From NCBI RefSeq assembly GCF_055900595.2, contig NZ_CM148325.1: DNA of 64,000 bases; one strand, 5' to 3'. Of this stretch, positions 62,270-64,000 are shown in pieces. Position numbers and translations under genes: made by a program. Each line of letters begins with the position of its first letter. Position 1 is the first letter of the stretch. The notes under the pieces are model-generated. The model ran no database searches, was not told where the DNA came from, and saw only the letters and a program-made list of their open reading frames with translations.

Positions 62270-63283
62270 TCATTCTGCAGACAACATCAAGCGAAGCCGA
62301 CCACCGGTTCCCCATATTTGGCATTGCCAGGCATCGCATCGCTGGCTCAATTGATTCAAATAAGCGTTACCTAAAGTGCCTAACGGAACACCATTACTGA
62401 TTTGCACCTGGTGTTCGCCAGTATTTAACGTCGCATTCAGACCCGCAGAAACCAGAATGAGATTTTTCAGTTCGCGATGATAATAGCCAACTAATAGCGG
62501 AAACTGCCCCGGCAGATTGGCCTGACGGAGTAAATGGTTTACCTGCTTCAATAACGCGCCCAACTCTGGCAACCGTTGATTTTGATGTGCAAGCTGTTCC
62601 TGTAATAATCCGTTAAACAATGCGCGTAATAACAAGGCAGCAAGTACGCCATTATGTCCAGCTCTGGTGACATCAAGGCAATAAAATGCAAGATCGTTTT
62701 CCGAAAGTGCGGCAATATCAAGCACCAGGCCGGGTTTGTCCGCGGCAACCAATTGACGATAATTAACCCGGCAATGGGAAATCACCTGCTGAACCGGCGG
62801 TTGCAATTCCTGTAATAATTTCGCCGCTGCGGCAGGGTTATCAACCATTGCATCCCAGTCGCGAAAAAGCCTCTCCTCTTCCTCAACGCGGGAATTAAAC
62901 ATGCTGGGATAGAGACAGGCAAAAACCATCTCGCGCAAGCGATTCAGATCTTTAACTGGTTTCAGCAAAACATCTTCAACGCCCAGACGTAACGCTTTGG
63001 CAATATCTGCCATATTTTCAGTGGCAGATATCACCAGAACCGGTGTCTGGTCACCTCTGTTGCGTATATGTTCCAGCAGTTTAAGCCCGTTCATTCGTGG
63101 CATCGCGATATCACATATCATCAGGTCTGGAGTGAAACCTCCCAGCAACTCAAGGGCATCCACCCCATCAGCCGCCAGTACCGTTGTCGCTCCCAATGAG
63201 GAAAACCACGAATCCAGAAGCGAGCGAAATACCTGCTCATCTTCAACAATGAGAATCTGTTTTCCGACCAATGGCTGCGTCAT
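62270..63283 (-). CDS. rssB: RpoS proteolysis adaptor / response regulator RssB
   Basis: 337 aa; N-terminal receiver domain (LIVEDEQVFRSLL...D), PP2C-like C-terminal domain. Confidence 0.95.
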   Translation of the reverse strand: MTQPLVGKQILIVEDEQVFRSLLDSWFSSLGATTVLAADGVDALELLGGFTPDLMICDIAMPRMNGLKLLEHIRNRGDQTPVLVISATENMADIAKALRLGVEDVLLKPVKDLNRLREMVFACLYPSMFNSRVEEEERLFRDWDAMVDNPAAAAKLLQELQPPVQQVISHCRVNYRQLVAADKPGLVLDIAALSENDLAFYCLDVTRAGHNGVLAALLLRALFNGLLQEQLAHQNQRLPELGALLKQVNHLLRQANLPGQFPLLVGYYHRELKNLILVSAGLNATLNTGEHQVQISNGVPLGTLGNAYLNQLSQRCDAWQCQIWGTGGRLRLMLSAE

Positions 63284-63374
63284 GTTCTCTCCCCTGACTG
63301 GCTTTACTCAATAGTGGCATGCTATTGCCACCTGCGCCTGTCAGAATTAACTTAAGTGTAGATAAAAATTCTGG

Positions 63375-64000
63375 TCAAATGTTGGTGCGTACCAACGGCA
63401 AAAGTTCGTCCATTTTCTTTTCCACTGCCAGCTGCCCAGCCGCAATGGCAGCGTGCGCGCGATGGAAATCAAGCGTAGATATTTGCGGGCAAACAGGTTG
63501 AATCAGAATATCGGGCGGATCACCTGCCATGCGGTTCCTTTTAAGGCGGTTCTCCAGCACCTGGATAGAAGTGGTCATAATCTCTGTTGCCGTTGGCGCT
63601 GTCACCGCCCGACGTGTCGTTATGCTGCCCAACCTTTCTTTCAGACGCGCATGCCACGGCAGAGAATCACCATTCTCGCTATTTTCTTCACTGACATTAA
63701 AGGAGAGCAGATCTTGTTGCATCAAATGAGCATCGTGCTGCAGGTCGACCGCTATCACAATATCAGCACCCAATGCACGCGTGAGCGAAATAGGAATTGG
63801 GTTAACTACTGCCCCATCAACCAGCCAGTAGCCGTTATGCGCAACGGGTGCCATTAGTCCTGGAATACTGCATGATGCACGAATAGCAAGATGGAGATCG
63901 CCTTCAGTAAACCATAATTCGCGCCCAGTACTTAAATTGGTGGCAACAGCCGCGAAGCGACGGGAACAATTTTCGATCTCTGTTTCCGGCATTATTTCGC
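63375..64000 (-). CDS. rssA: patatin-like phospholipase RssA (partial; N-terminus beyond window end)
   Basis: Minus-strand frame open to the window edge; C-terminal 205 aa present; position upstream of rssB. Confidence 0.85.
   Translation of the reverse strand, partial: EIMPETEIENCSRRFAAVATNLSTGRELWFTEGDLHLAIRASCSIPGLMAPVAHNGYWLVDGAVVNPIPISLTRALGADIVIAVDLQHDAHLMQQDLLSFNVSEENSENGDSLPWHARLKERLGSITTRRAVTAPTATEIMTTSIQVLENRLKRNRMAGDPPDILIQPVCPQISTLDFHRAHAAIAAGQLAVEKKMDELLPLVRTNI

Overview
This window is Escherichia coli chromosome, read by eye with no database search; every homology call below is from memory of protein families and needs BLAST/HMM confirmation. Positions 1-41060 are the right-hand ~41 kb of a lambda-like (lambdoid) prophage whose late operon runs on the minus strand. 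Its gene order mirrors lambda: tail genes J (truncated at the window start), I, K, L, M, H, G/T, V, U, Z; head genes FII, FI, E, D, C/Nu3, B, W; a large terminase gene split by a 2.7-kb IS66-family element; Nu1; cos; a Rz/Rz1, SAR-endolysin and pinholin lysis cassette; a tRNA cluster; pR'/tR'; Q; RusA; a nin-like block with a hok-type toxin; P/O replication genes with iterons; a cro/cI-like immunity switch; then plus-strand Rha, a RecE-like exonuclease, xis and int ending at an att junction directly 3' of ompW. The terminase disruption suggests the prophage is cryptic. Positions 41067-64000 are conserved core chromosome: ompW, yciC, yciB, yciA, tonB, yciI, kch, yciY, clsA, yciU, oppFDCBA, ychE, adhE, tdk, hns, galU, rssB, rssA (partial). 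No CRISPR array and no Shiga-toxin genes are present. The most interesting candidates are all prophage accessory (moron) loci: a lipoprotein carrying a TonB C-terminal-like domain, a RecE-like protein whose C-terminus is a DEDDh exonuclease, a ~470-bp GC-rich structured noncoding block beside the immunity region, and a small secreted cysteine-containing peptide next to cos.
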